A DNA stretch of 64,000 nucleotides from the UHGV virus genome UHGV-0018639. One strand, written 5' to 3'. The notes under the pieces were generated by a model. That model searched no databases. It worked only from the letters and a program-made list of their open reading frames with translations, and was not told the origin of the DNA. Source of the DNA: a virus. Positions 18,357 to 26,938 of this stretch are shown piece after piece. Made by a program: the position numbers and the translations under genes. Numbering within the stretch: the stretch's first letter is position 1; each line of letters begins with the position of its first letter.

Positions 18357-19089
18357 ATAAAGAAAAGAAAAAGTCAAAAGGAGGACGATGCTAGTGCCAC
18401 CTACACGTGGTATCCTCTGTTTTCGCTAAGAGCGCTGGCATATATTCAATTAAATAATACTAACTCAGTGAAGACGGAATTCGATGTTCCGGCTGAGAAA
18501 TTCTAGCTAGCACAGCAGAAACGAAACAAGGATACTTGTGGATACTGGACTGGGAGGCCATCGAGAGATGAGCCGAAGTAGAGCGGTTGCTCAAGTGGGA
18601 AGAAGAGCAGGAATTGTGCTGAGTGAATCGCAAGTAAACGCAGCCGTGGAGTGGCGGGCGCAATAGATAGCTTGGTGAATAGCCAAGCCGAATCCAAGTT
18701 AGGTTTTAGTTGGTGACTGTGACAATCCTTGGAAAAGCCAATAAGCTCGTTCCGTTGAGACGACAGGGAATGTGAAATCTGTCTTTGACACTCTACAGTA
18801 TCCGAGTAGCGGAACACAACGGGGACTTTAGATTAAAAAGATGTTGACAGTAATAGAAATTACTACTTTCTGAACATCCCGTGAAAGGTAGAGGTAATCA
18901 ATCCTCTGGCGGATTAGGCGACATTAGACACTTGGGGTTATCCAAGACTAACAAGTCAATGTTGTTGCTGGGGTAAGAAGTGTATGGGCGACGGCCTGTA
19001 TGCTCAGACTTATCTCCCGCGTGGCAGAATATGCTTGAAGGTTTATCGAGGTAGGGCGAAGGCCCAGTAATATTTAGTTGGATTTATAT
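18346..19089 (+). ncRNA. ORF-free transcribed region A (candidate structured RNA) between a class-II promoter and tRNA-Met
   Basis: About 745 nt with no ORF of 60 aa or more on the sense strand. GC is higher than in flanking DNA. It opens with AAAGGAGG plus a 13-codon ORF (MLVPPTRGILCFR) and ends in a tRNA followed by a terminator. Confidence 0.35.
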
Positions 19090-19162
19090 GGCAGGAAGAG
19101 AAGGTTCTCCGTTTGGCCTCATAAGCCAGACTTCGTAGGTTCGATTCCTACTCCTGCAACCA
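19090..19162 (+). tRNA. tRNA-Met (anticodon CAT), non-canonical, initiator-like
   Basis: Anticodon arm TTGGC-CTCATAA-GCCAG, T arm GTAGGTTCGATTCCTAC, TCCTGCA-A-CCA. G1-A72 mismatch, shortened D arm, terminator hairpin directly after. Confidence 0.6.
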
Positions 19163-19163
19163 A

Positions 19164-19192
19164 GGAAGATGCTTCTTCCTCCGTTTTAAAAA
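19164..19192 (+). terminator. intrinsic terminator after tRNA-Met
   Basis: GGAAGATGCTTCTTCC followed by TCCGTTTT. Confidence 0.55.
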
Positions 19193-19330
19193 ATGTCTTG
19201 AACGACAGGAGGTTTTGCTTATGGACATAACAAAATCTAATGAGGACTTTAGTCCAACGAACAAGGCAAAGAGTTGGGCTTCTCTATAAAAAAGCCCTCG
19301 TTTAAAAAAAATGAAAGGAAGTAAGAAAAA

Positions 19331-19759
19331 ATGAAGTATTATAGTGATGTTCTTCATAGTTTATTTGATACTCAGGATGCGCTCGAAAAAGCCGAAGCTG
19401 AGAAGAAAGAAAAAGATGACGAAAAAGTTCGTCAGAAGGAAAATGCTGATAAGCTCAAGGCCGAGGATAAGAAGCGTTTTCTTGAGCTAAGAGAGAGGTA
19501 TTTTAAAGCAAGTGTTGAGTATGAAGCATATTTTGATAAATTGCTGAATAACTACTCATTTAACACCATAATGGGCTGGGTGTCTGAAGCGGCTACTAAA
19601 AAGACCCAGACCCAGACCCAGATTAAGACGATAGATCAGACGGCTGAAAGTATTTTTGATGCTTGCAAGTCAGCTAAAACTGTCAAAACCGCAAAAACGG
19701 CGCGTGAGCCTGAAAATTTGGGAGAAATTCTTATTCGTATTTTTGAGGATATGCAGTAA
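19331..19759 (+). CDS. hypothetical protein (142 aa), Lys/Glu-rich coiled coil
   Basis: ORF track entry with RBS GAAAGGAAG upstream. Confidence 0.5.
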   Translation: MKYYSDVLHSLFDTQDALEKAEAEKKEKDDEKVRQKENADKLKAEDKKRFLELRERYFKASVEYEAYFDKLLNNYSFNTIMGWVSEAATKKTQTQTQIKTIDQTAESIFDACKSAKTVKTAKTAREPENLGEILIRIFEDMQ

Positions 19760-19762
19760 GAA

Positions 19763-20320
19763 TTTTAAATAAATCAGGTTACTTGATCATCGGGTTTCCT
19801 GCGGAGTTAAAGCTAAAACGTTAGCGGTGAATATGGCCATTCCCGCAAGCTCGGCGACTTGTTAGGCAATCGCGCTGATGTAAATTATTGATAAGGGAGC
19901 TTTGGTATAATTTATTCACTGGGGCTTTCCAAAAGTCGGACTCAAGCCTAAACTGAGTTCGCAGTGCTGAGGTCGGTATTCGCTCGGAGAGGATGCGTTA
20001 TTGAGCTAATTAGATTAGCATCAATGTGAGGCAACGGTGGCCAACTCTTAGAGAGCCACGCGATAGAGTTATGTTAAAAGGCAATACTCAGTATCGGTGC
20101 TACTAGGGTTGATAGACAAGTAGTAAAAGTCAGGTGAAGATAATACCGGCTGACATAATTGGGACGTAGCTATAGGCGTAGGCCGTGCCAGAACTAAAGT
20201 GTGCGGCACACGAAACCCAAGTCAGATGCGGGCGATTGAAACGGCGCCCTCAACCCATATAAGGTTTTACAAGAGATTTTCCTTGCGTTAGGCTAAAAAA
20301 TCTCTTTTCTATATAAATTT
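19763..20320 (+). ncRNA. ORF-free region B (candidate structured RNA) preceding tRNA-Gln
   Basis: About 560 nt with no ORF, higher GC and many local hairpins. Ends with tRNA-Gln and an intrinsic terminator. Confidence 0.3.
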
Positions 20321-20395
20321 AGAGGTATAGTGTAATTGGCAACACATCGGCCTTTGACGCCGTATTTATAGGTTCAAGTCCTGTTACCTCTGCCA
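20321..20395 (+). tRNA. tRNA-Gln (anticodon TTG)
   Basis: AGAGGTA..GTGTAATTGGCAACAC..CGGC-CTTTGAC-GCCG..ATAGGTTCAAGTCCTGT..TACCTCT-G-CCA. Confidence 0.8.
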
Positions 20396-20400
20396 ACAGC

Positions 20401-20434
20401 TCCACATTAGAAAAGCCTAATGTGGACTTTTTTA
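20401..20434 (+). terminator. intrinsic terminator after tRNA-Gln
   Basis: TCCACATTAGAAAAGCCTAATGTGGA followed by CTTTTTTAT. Confidence 0.7.
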
Positions 20435-20502
20435 TATATATCAGCTACAAAAAATCTACTTAGAAATGCGGGCAACCGCAAAACGTATCAAAGGAGGAGC
20501 CT

Positions 20503-21126
20503 ATGGAAGAATTAGGTCTGTTATTGGGTTTGGGAGATGATGCTAACTATCAGCTTGCTAATCCAAGCCTGTTAGCGTATTATAAAGAACTCAATGAGCG
20601 TCGTCTCTGGCTCGATTGCGAGGTAGATGATGAAGCGATAGGTGATATGTGCCGCCAGATTATTCATTGGAATAAGGAGGATGACACAATAGAGCCTTCG
20701 AAGAGGAAAAAGATTATTATCTATTTTGTCAGCCCCGGTGGTAGTTTAGACAGCTATCTATGGCTCAAAGACGTAATAAATCTGAGTATTACTCCAATAG
20801 TTGGCATTATGATGAGCCGCACAGCTAGCGCGGCTGCTCTTATTTACCTTCATTGTCACGAGCGTTATGCTCTTGAAAGCGCAAAGATTTTGTTCCACTA
20901 CGGTTCAATTTCTCTTGCACAGGACGCCGCGAATGCGATTGAATCGATGAAGAAGTATGAGCAAGAAGTTGGGAAGTTTGTTGATGTAATTCGTGAGCAC
21001 TCTGACTTTTCAGGCGAATATATTCGTGATAAGTTGGTAAAGGATTGGGAGCTTACGGCTGATGAAGCTCTTGAGCACGGCATTGTTCAAAAGATTGTAA
21101 GTGATATCAGCGAACTTTGGAACTAA
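20503..21126 (+). CDS. ClpP-family serine protease
   Basis: FVSPGGSLDS and GIMMSRTASAAALIY resemble ClpP INSPGG and GxAASMG. 207 aa. Confidence 0.7.
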   Translation: MEELGLLLGLGDDANYQLANPSLLAYYKELNERRLWLDCEVDDEAIGDMCRQIIHWNKEDDTIEPSKRKKIIIYFVSPGGSLDSYLWLKDVINLSITPIVGIMMSRTASAAALIYLHCHERYALESAKILFHYGSISLAQDAANAIESMKKYEQEVGKFVDVIREHSDFSGEYIRDKLVKDWELTADEALEHGIVQKIVSDISELWN

Positions 21127-21138
21127 AGGAGGACTCCT

Positions 21139-21453
21139 ATGGATAAATATACTGGCTATTACGAATGGCGCCCATCAGAGCAAGGGCTTGAGGACTTTTA
21201 TTCTGGCTTTTTTACTCCTGCGGGGATGGGTCTGGTAGAAAACCAGTATTTGATTATCTATGACGCTGATGGCAAAGTTATAGATAAATATTTTTGTAAG
21301 AACAACGAGTTTGAGAAAGTTCATTATATGACACTCCAAAGCGATTACTGCGGCGTTATCAAACCGCGCAATGTGTATCAGGAACTAGCAATTCACGCAC
21401 TGTTAGATAGGCGTGTTCCTGTAAAGGCGCTGGGTGGTGTTTTTGGTTCGGGT
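21139..21453 (+). CDS. phoH: PhoH-like ATPase, exon 1 (N-terminal part up to the Walker A glycines)
   Basis: Ends ...RVPVKALGGVFGSG, the PhoH P-loop start. The in-frame TAA at 21457 lies inside the intron. Confidence 0.65.
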
Positions 21454-21680
21454 AAATAACTTGCCCCTTCTTAGGGCGACCTAAGAATGAAAATCGCGTG
21501 AATTGCTGGAAACCTAAGCCGCGAGGTATGGTAATCAGCAGCCAAGCCGTTTAACAACGGAAGGTTCAACGACTATCCCGACAGGGAGTAGGGAGCAATC
21601 CCGAAGTGCGCGACAACTTTCAAAGTTGATGATATAGTCTAATCCCCTTTTGAAATATCGGGAAACCGAGGGTATAAATG
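21454..21680 (+). ncRNA. group I self-splicing intron (no homing-endonuclease ORF, about 227 nt; boundaries approximate)
   Basis: Core elements P GAATTGCTGGAAACC (21500), Q AATCAGCAGCC (21533), R GTTCAACGACTAT (21564) and S GATGATATAGTCT (21628). P4 shows compensatory pairing TGCTG/CAGCA and P7 pairs GACTAT/ATAGTC. A P1 is possible between the exon end CGGGT and GCCC, and the omega-G is G21680. Confidence 0.7.
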
Positions 21681-22211
21681 AAGGACTTCCTAATGAGCGG
21701 TGCCTGTTTCAGTCTTATCGAAAAAGGCATCTTTGAAAAACTCGTATATATACGCCCTAACATTACACTTGAAGGTGTGCCTGACATCGGCTATCTCAAG
21801 GGTGGAATGGATGAAAAACTTGAATGGACTTTAGCTCCATTATGGGATAAGTTCGGTGGCCGCGAAGCTACTCAAAATCTTGTTGCTTCTGGCAAGATTG
21901 AACTTGTGGCTTTGCCTTTTATTAAAGGTCGTAGCTTTGAGAACAGTATTATCTATGTAAGTGAAGGTCAAAATATAACCCGCAAAGTAGCTGGTAATAT
22001 TATAAGCCGCGCTGGTGAAAACACTGAGATTTGGATAAATGGCGACTATCACAGTCAAACTGACCGTAGAATGTTTGAGATTGATAATGGTATGCGCGCA
22101 ATGGAAGAGACTCTGAAGGGTAATTCATTATATGAAACCCTTTATCTCCCAATCACGGAACGTTCGGCTGTTGCACAGCTTGCTGGAATTGTTTGCAATA
22201 CTGAAAATTGA
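21681..22211 (+). CDS. phoH: PhoH-like ATPase, exon 2
   Basis: KDFLMSGA...RPNITLEGVPDIGYLKGGMDEKLEWTLAPLWD...VALPFIKGRSFENSIIYVSEGQNIT...INGDYHSQTD aligns with the PhoH Walker B and C-terminal blocks. Confidence 0.65.
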   Translation, partial: KDFLMSGACFSLIEKGIFEKLVYIRPNITLEGVPDIGYLKGGMDEKLEWTLAPLWDKFGGREATQNLVASGKIELVALPFIKGRSFENSIIYVSEGQNITRKVAGNIISRAGENTEIWINGDYHSQTDRRMFEIDNGMRAMEETLKGNSLYETLYLPITERSAVAQLAGIVCNTEN

Positions 22212-22317
22212 ACACTCTTTTTTAGAATGAAATTTCACTAAATCTACTTACTATTGCCACAGGCCAGTTAGTTCCGTAGTGGCAGCGGCGTTGAAAGGCT
22301 AACTGTTTATATATCGT

Positions 22318-22345
22318 GAGGGGCAATTGCCCCTCTTTTTTTATA
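22318..22345 (+). terminator. intrinsic terminator after phoH
   Basis: GAGGGGCAATTGCCCCTC followed by TTTTTTTAT. Confidence 0.75.
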
Positions 22346-22365
22346 TCTAAAAGGAGGGCTTGTAG

Positions 22366-24057
22366 ATGGGATCGGTTTATAATGATGTATTACATACTTA
22401 TTCGCCTTACGGCCCAAACAATTATATGCCGCGCACAGGCCGCTACAAATTCAAACAGCGACACAATTATGAGAGTAATATAAGAGCTTTGCGAGAAAAA
22501 GAGAATACTTTTTATAGCGCCATATTAGGGACAACAGTTTCCTCTTTTGGAGAATTTGTGCGGCAAGTCAAAGAAAAACTATCAAAATTTCAACAAGATA
22601 CAAATGCTTTGCGGCAATTGGATAATGACAGGCTTACTCAAGCACTTTATCGTAAATATGGTTTTTCTACAAAAGGGCAATGGGATCAAGATGCCACTTT
22701 TTCTCGTCTTGTCGTTAAATTGGATGCTTCTGTTGCTGAGAACACCTTAGATACTTACATTAAAAAGATAGAAAAAACTGTTATTGCTGAACTTCAAAAA
22801 ATAGGTCAAGTTGGAAAAACTGATTTAAAGCTATCAGTTAGTGGCAATTTGAAGACTGGCACACTTACTATAGACTTTGGTCTTGAAAAGGGTGCGATTG
22901 AGAAAAAACTAGACGAAACTGGCTTGTTAAAAGGTGTTGTCAATGCCACAATGGGGCGTAAGTTAAAAGTTGAAGCGCAAAGTCTTGAATGGTTTAAAAA
23001 CCAAATTTTGAATGATCCAAATTTGATAAGCTTGACAACTAATAAAAAAGAATTTGTTTGGGAGGCTAATTCAAAACTTAGGACGAAAGATAGAGAAGGC
23101 AATGCAAATCCTTTTGCGATAAGTAAAAAAGGTTTAGCAAAAAAGAATATTAGTCAACAACAGCAAATAGAGGAAGAAATCAAATCTTTTATAATGACTA
23201 CGATTGGTTATAGTCAAACATCGCAAGATTTTCAAAACGTTTTTCAAGAAGCTTGGCGCACGCAAATTTCTAGTCGGAAATTAGGTATTGCAGGATATAC
23301 TTGGAACGGCGCGATAGCTAATATAGTTGGTGCTTTTGGCGAGTTTCAAACTTATGTTTTATTCCAATACATTTCGCATTTGTTTGGGAAAAAAGCACAA
23401 GGTAAAATAGCTGATGCTTTTGCTAGTGGCGAGCAAATGAAAGCTGATATTCAGTTTTTCCAAGGGTTTGGCATCCAAGTAAAAAATTATTCTGGCTATG
23501 GCTCTGAACTAAAGGAGCTCAAATTTAATATTCATCCAAATAAGCTTATTCAATATCCACAAATCAGTGAATGGATTGGCTCAAGTTTTTCAGAATATAT
23601 TGCGAATTATTATTTCAATAAAGATATCAATCGCGCGCCATTTGCAAGCATTATTGATGGACTAAAGCGAGCTTTCGCTGAAATAGCTTCAATGGGGACA
23701 GCAGATGATGTGCCCGACACCGTCTGTCTTTATAATTTAGGTGGTGGTTATCTAATCCCAGCATCAGATTTACTTGAGCAAGTTTATTTACAGTCTTATC
23801 GCTTAGACGATACTCAAGTTGCGATTACATCCGCTTTTGAAGGCTCTACAAATAAGGAGTTTCATAAAAAGAAAAAAGGAAAAGATGGAAAACAACAAGA
23901 GCCAACTTTTCTGAAATACTGGGAAAAGGATGGAGAAAGTTGGAAGCCAAAGGATGAGAACAGAAACCTCTACGCACAAATGCTCAATTCAAAAATTTCA
24001 ATCCGCGCGGTTGTCCCTTATGAACAATTTCTCCGCGAGGGTTATAAATTATGGTGA
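22366..24057 (+). CDS. large hypothetical protein (563 aa)
   Basis: ORF track entry with a GGAGG RBS and a terminator upstream. Confidence 0.55.
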   Translation: MGSVYNDVLHTYSPYGPNNYMPRTGRYKFKQRHNYESNIRALREKENTFYSAILGTTVSSFGEFVRQVKEKLSKFQQDTNALRQLDNDRLTQALYRKYGFSTKGQWDQDATFSRLVVKLDASVAENTLDTYIKKIEKTVIAELQKIGQVGKTDLKLSVSGNLKTGTLTIDFGLEKGAIEKKLDETGLLKGVVNATMGRKLKVEAQSLEWFKNQILNDPNLISLTTNKKEFVWEANSKLRTKDREGNANPFAISKKGLAKKNISQQQQIEEEIKSFIMTTIGYSQTSQDFQNVFQEAWRTQISSRKLGIAGYTWNGAIANIVGAFGEFQTYVLFQYISHLFGKKAQGKIADAFASGEQMKADIQFFQGFGIQVKNYSGYGSELKELKFNIHPNKLIQYPQISEWIGSSFSEYIANYYFNKDINRAPFASIIDGLKRAFAEIASMGTADDVPDTVCLYNLGGGYLIPASDLLEQVYLQSYRLDDTQVAITSAFEGSTNKEFHKKKKGKDGKQQEPTFLKYWEKDGESWKPKDENRNLYAQMLNSKISIRAVVPYEQFLREGYKLW

Positions 24058-24063
24058 TTCAAA

Positions 24064-24318
24064 ATGCTTTATTTCGCACAATGCGGCAGCCCTGTCAACT
24101 ATGAATCCTTTATTGTTGATGCCGAAAGCCTTTCGGATGTTGTGGAATGGATAAAGGACTTCTCTTCAATTGATGAGGAGCCGCAGGACGAAGACCAAAC
24201 ATATGCTTCTGCTATATCTGGACATTTGTGGTATAACATTGAACAGTTTGATTCTCGTAATGAGGAACATTCTGATGTTTTATCACAAATGAATGGAATC
24301 CCACTCTGTATAGAGTAA
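24064..24318 (+). CDS. acidic hypothetical protein (84 aa)
   Basis: ORF track entry. Confidence 0.45.
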   Translation: MLYFAQCGSPVNYESFIVDAESLSDVVEWIKDFSSIDEEPQDEDQTYASAISGHLWYNIEQFDSRNEEHSDVLSQMNGIPLCIE

Positions 24319-24323
24319 AAACT

Positions 24324-24362
24324 TGATTTTCGACGAAATTTTCGTTATAATAAATTGTAAAA
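24324..24362 (+). promoter_or_regulatory. class-II promoter variant
   Basis: TTGATT 24324-29, N16, TATAAT 24346-51. Confidence 0.55.
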
Positions 24363-24369
24363 AGTTTTA

Positions 24370-24711
24370 TTGGGAGAGATACATATGGAAACTAAAAAAG
24401 ACATAAACGTTTCAATATCCAAAGAAGATTTTATTGGCTTGTTGATTTCAGCCGTTGAATATGATGATTGGATAGATATGCTGGACAAAAATGGAATTTC
24501 TCTCAACGCTCCTGCACTCGATGGCGTAACTCGTAAGATAATAGACTTCTTCGAGAGAGTGCTGGATGACGATGAGGGAGCAATAAAATACTACCTTTGG
24601 GGTATTGCTGGTGGGCATTATAAATCTGAAAAGAGAATGATAACCCACACAGGAAAACCCATACTTATTGAAAGCGCGGAAGATGTTTGGAATTATCTTA
24701 CAAATAAATAA
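24370..24711 (+). CDS. hypothetical protein (113 aa)
   Basis: Preceded by a class-II promoter and followed by an intrinsic terminator. Confidence 0.5.
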   Translation: MGEIHMETKKDINVSISKEDFIGLLISAVEYDDWIDMLDKNGISLNAPALDGVTRKIIDFFERVLDDDEGAIKYYLWGIAGGHYKSEKRMITHTGKPILIESAEDVWNYLTNK

Positions 24712-24719
24712 GACACTTA

Positions 24720-24751
24720 CAGGTCGTGAGAAATCACGGCCTGTTTTTATT
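24720..24751 (+). terminator. intrinsic terminator
   Basis: CAGGTCGTGAGAAATCACGGCCTG followed by TTTTTATT. Confidence 0.75.
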
Positions 24752-24809
24752 GGACTAAAGAACAGTTTTAGCTACTTTACAGAAGAGAAAATCTGTGAGG
24801 TGAGAAACA

Positions 24810-25139
24810 ATGGTTCGTGGTGGTACACACCGTCATAATTTCTATATTCCATTCGACGCGGCACAAATTGAAAAAGTATTTGTGTCTTACTCTCAGAATG
24901 GAGAAATAATTTTGGAAAAATCAACAGATGATTGCGTATTCAACTCTACCAAAAATTGCCTTCAAGTTGATTTATCCCAAGAAGATACTTTGTCTTTTGC
25001 CGCGCCCGGAATTATTACGACACCAGAACGGAGCCTCGTGATTATTCAACTCAGAGTCTTATTGGCAAATGGACACAGTTATGTATCCGCACCAATCAAA
25101 GAAAGATTGTTTGATGTTCTGAAAGGAGGACAAATCTAA
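24810..25139 (+). CDS. hypothetical (structural?) protein (109 aa)
   Basis: ORF track entry, first gene of the tail-fibre block. Confidence 0.5.
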   Translation: MVRGGTHRHNFYIPFDAAQIEKVFVSYSQNGEIILEKSTDDCVFNSTKNCLQVDLSQEDTLSFAAPGIITTPERSLVIIQLRVLLANGHSYVSAPIKERLFDVLKGGQI

Positions 25140-25306
25140 TGCTTAGAACTATTGATGAAATAGAGCACATTAGTGAGGACTATCAAGTCAAGTTCTATGA
25201 TTATGAGAAGACTTTCTATGGCTCAACCTCCAATCCTGATGAATCCGATGATAATGTCATTATATATGATGGCGGTGGCGTCTCTGGCTGGACGAAGGAG
25301 AAATGA
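25139..25306 (+). CDS. small hypothetical protein (about 55 aa)
   Basis: ORF I found by eye, MLRTIDEIEHISEDYQVKFYDYEK..., with TAATG and ATGA overlaps to its neighbours. Confidence 0.35.
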   Translation: MLRTIDEIEHISEDYQVKFYDYEKTFYGSTSNPDESDDNVIIYDGGGVSGWTKEK

Positions 25307-25686
25307 TGGCAAGAGTAATAAAAATCACATTTCAACTACGTCGCGGTCTGCACGATAAATGGATTGAAGAGAACCCAATACTCAGTGAAGGAGAGCCAGC
25401 CTTTGAGACAGATACCTTCCGTCTGAAAATTGGCGATGGCAAAACCGCGTATCAGGCTTTACCTTATATTGGTGGAGATGGGAGTGAGGATGACGCCCGC
25501 GTGGTAAATGCGGATACTCACTATGATTTTCCATCTATAGGCAAGGCCAATACGATATATAAGGCAGATAAAGAAAGAACTCTCTATCAATGGGATGAAG
25601 AAACATTGACTTATGTTTCACTAAATTCTTTTGAAAATGTAAAAATTATCCACGGAGGGAACGCTGATGGCTACAACTACATTTAA
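25303..25686 (+). CDS. short tail-fibre-like protein carrying only the HylP-type N-terminal domain
   Basis: N-terminus ...WIEENPILSEGEPAFETDTFRLKIGDGKTAYQALPYIGG is shared with three downstream fibre genes. Confidence 0.55.
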   Translation: MMARVIKITFQLRRGLHDKWIEENPILSEGEPAFETDTFRLKIGDGKTAYQALPYIGGDGSEDDARVVNADTHYDFPSIGKANTIYKADKERTLYQWDEETLTYVSLNSFENVKIIHGGNADGYNYI

Positions 25687-26920
25687 TACCCGCATAGTCC
25701 TGCGCAATGATAGTACAGCAAAGTGGCTTGAGAATAAAGATCAAGTCTTGCTCAAGGGCGAACTTGGTGTCGAATTCGAAGCTGATGGCGGCGTCAAGAT
25801 AAAAATTGGCGACGGCGCGAAAACTTGGGAGCAACTTGAATATTTCGGTGGAGCAAGCGCCGCACAAGTCTTTCAAGCCGAGTCCGCTGATGCAGCAGGC
25901 GATATTGCAGCAATTACTACCGCAGTAGGTGATGCGAAACTTCAATCTGGCGATTTCGCTATTGTAAGCCACGATATTGATGGCACGCATAAATCTTATA
26001 CAGCTTATGTTTATGATGGTAAAAACTGGAAAGCAATGGACGGCAACTATGATGCGTCCAATGTTTATTTCGGCGATAACATTACAATGGCTGGCTCTTA
26101 CAGCCAAATCGGGAATTTGACCAAAACTCAAAATGGTACAGCAACTTTTGCTGTCAAAGGTAAGTCTGTTGCTGAAGCTTTTACTCAAATTTTCTCTAAA
26201 AGACTTCAGCCCGGTGCTCCTACTCAGCCGTCTGTTAGCTTGACCTTTAGCCAAGCAAAAGCTTATGAAGTCGGTACTACTGTTACTCCGACTTGGAGCG
26301 CGACTTTGAGCACTGGTTCTTATACTTATGGCCCTGCTACTGGTATTACCGCTACGGCTTGGGAAATTAGTGATACGGCTGGCAATACTGCTACTACAGC
26401 AAGCGGCTCTTTTGATGCTATTACTGTTGCTGATGGTACTAACTACAAAATAACCGCTAAAGCAACTCATGGAGCTGGCGCAGTTGCAAATGATAATCTT
26501 GGTAGTCCGTCTAGCCCAGAAGTCAAAATTGCGGCTGGTTCTAAGAGTAAAACTTCTGATGCAATCACTGGCTACCGCAATACTTTCTATGGCACTAAAA
26601 CTACAAAGGATGCACTTGATAGTGCGGCGATTCGTAGCTTGTCTAACAAATCCAATACTGCTTGGGCCAATGGTAAGTCTTTCACCGTGCAAATTCCCGT
26701 TGGCGCTGTTCGTGTTGTTTTTGCTTATCCTGCGACGCTGCGTGATGTCAACTCCGTAAAGGATGTTAATGGCTTGAACGCGGAAATCAAGAGTGCATTT
26801 GCTAAATCCACTATTGCTGTTGAAGGCGCAAATGGTGCGACTGCAATTGACTATAAAGTTTATACGACTGATTTTGCTGAGCCTGTCGCAAAGGCAAACA
26901 GCTACACTATCACAATTTGA
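25667..26920 (+). CDS. tail fibre protein (HylP-like N-terminal domain)
   Basis: MATTTFNTRIVLRNDSTAKWLENKDQVLLKGELGVEFEADGGVKIKIGDGAKTWEQLEYFGG, then a Thr/Ser/Gly/Ala-rich beta-rich body. Confidence 0.65.
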   Translation: MATTTFNTRIVLRNDSTAKWLENKDQVLLKGELGVEFEADGGVKIKIGDGAKTWEQLEYFGGASAAQVFQAESADAAGDIAAITTAVGDAKLQSGDFAIVSHDIDGTHKSYTAYVYDGKNWKAMDGNYDASNVYFGDNITMAGSYSQIGNLTKTQNGTATFAVKGKSVAEAFTQIFSKRLQPGAPTQPSVSLTFSQAKAYEVGTTVTPTWSATLSTGSYTYGPATGITATAWEISDTAGNTATTASGSFDAITVADGTNYKITAKATHGAGAVANDNLGSPSSPEVKIAAGSKSKTSDAITGYRNTFYGTKTTKDALDSAAIRSLSNKSNTAWANGKSFTVQIPVGAVRVVFAYPATLRDVNSVKDVNGLNAEIKSAFAKSTIAVEGANGATAIDYKVYTTDFAEPVAKANSYTITI

Positions 26921-26938
26921 TAAAGGAGGGAAAACATA

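Noticed and set aside
16679-18817. Several 60-104-aa minus-strand ORFs (16679-16873, 17177-17368, 17865-18101, 18195-18377, 18460-18817)
   Set aside because: They are antisense to tRNA genes, the methyltransferase gene or the ORF-free RNA region. None has an RBS and they run against the strand polarity of the module.
18346-19162. tmRNA hypothesis for region A plus tRNA-Met
   Set aside because: The 3' end is tRNA-like, but there is no GGGG... 5' acceptor partner within range, no tag reading frame ending in a hydrophobic tail plus stop, and the region is about twice tmRNA length.
25646-26692. 348-aa minus-strand ORF
   Set aside because: It is a Ser/Cys/Ala-rich low-complexity ORF antisense to the tail-fibre gene. 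It is an artefact of repetitive fibre codons.
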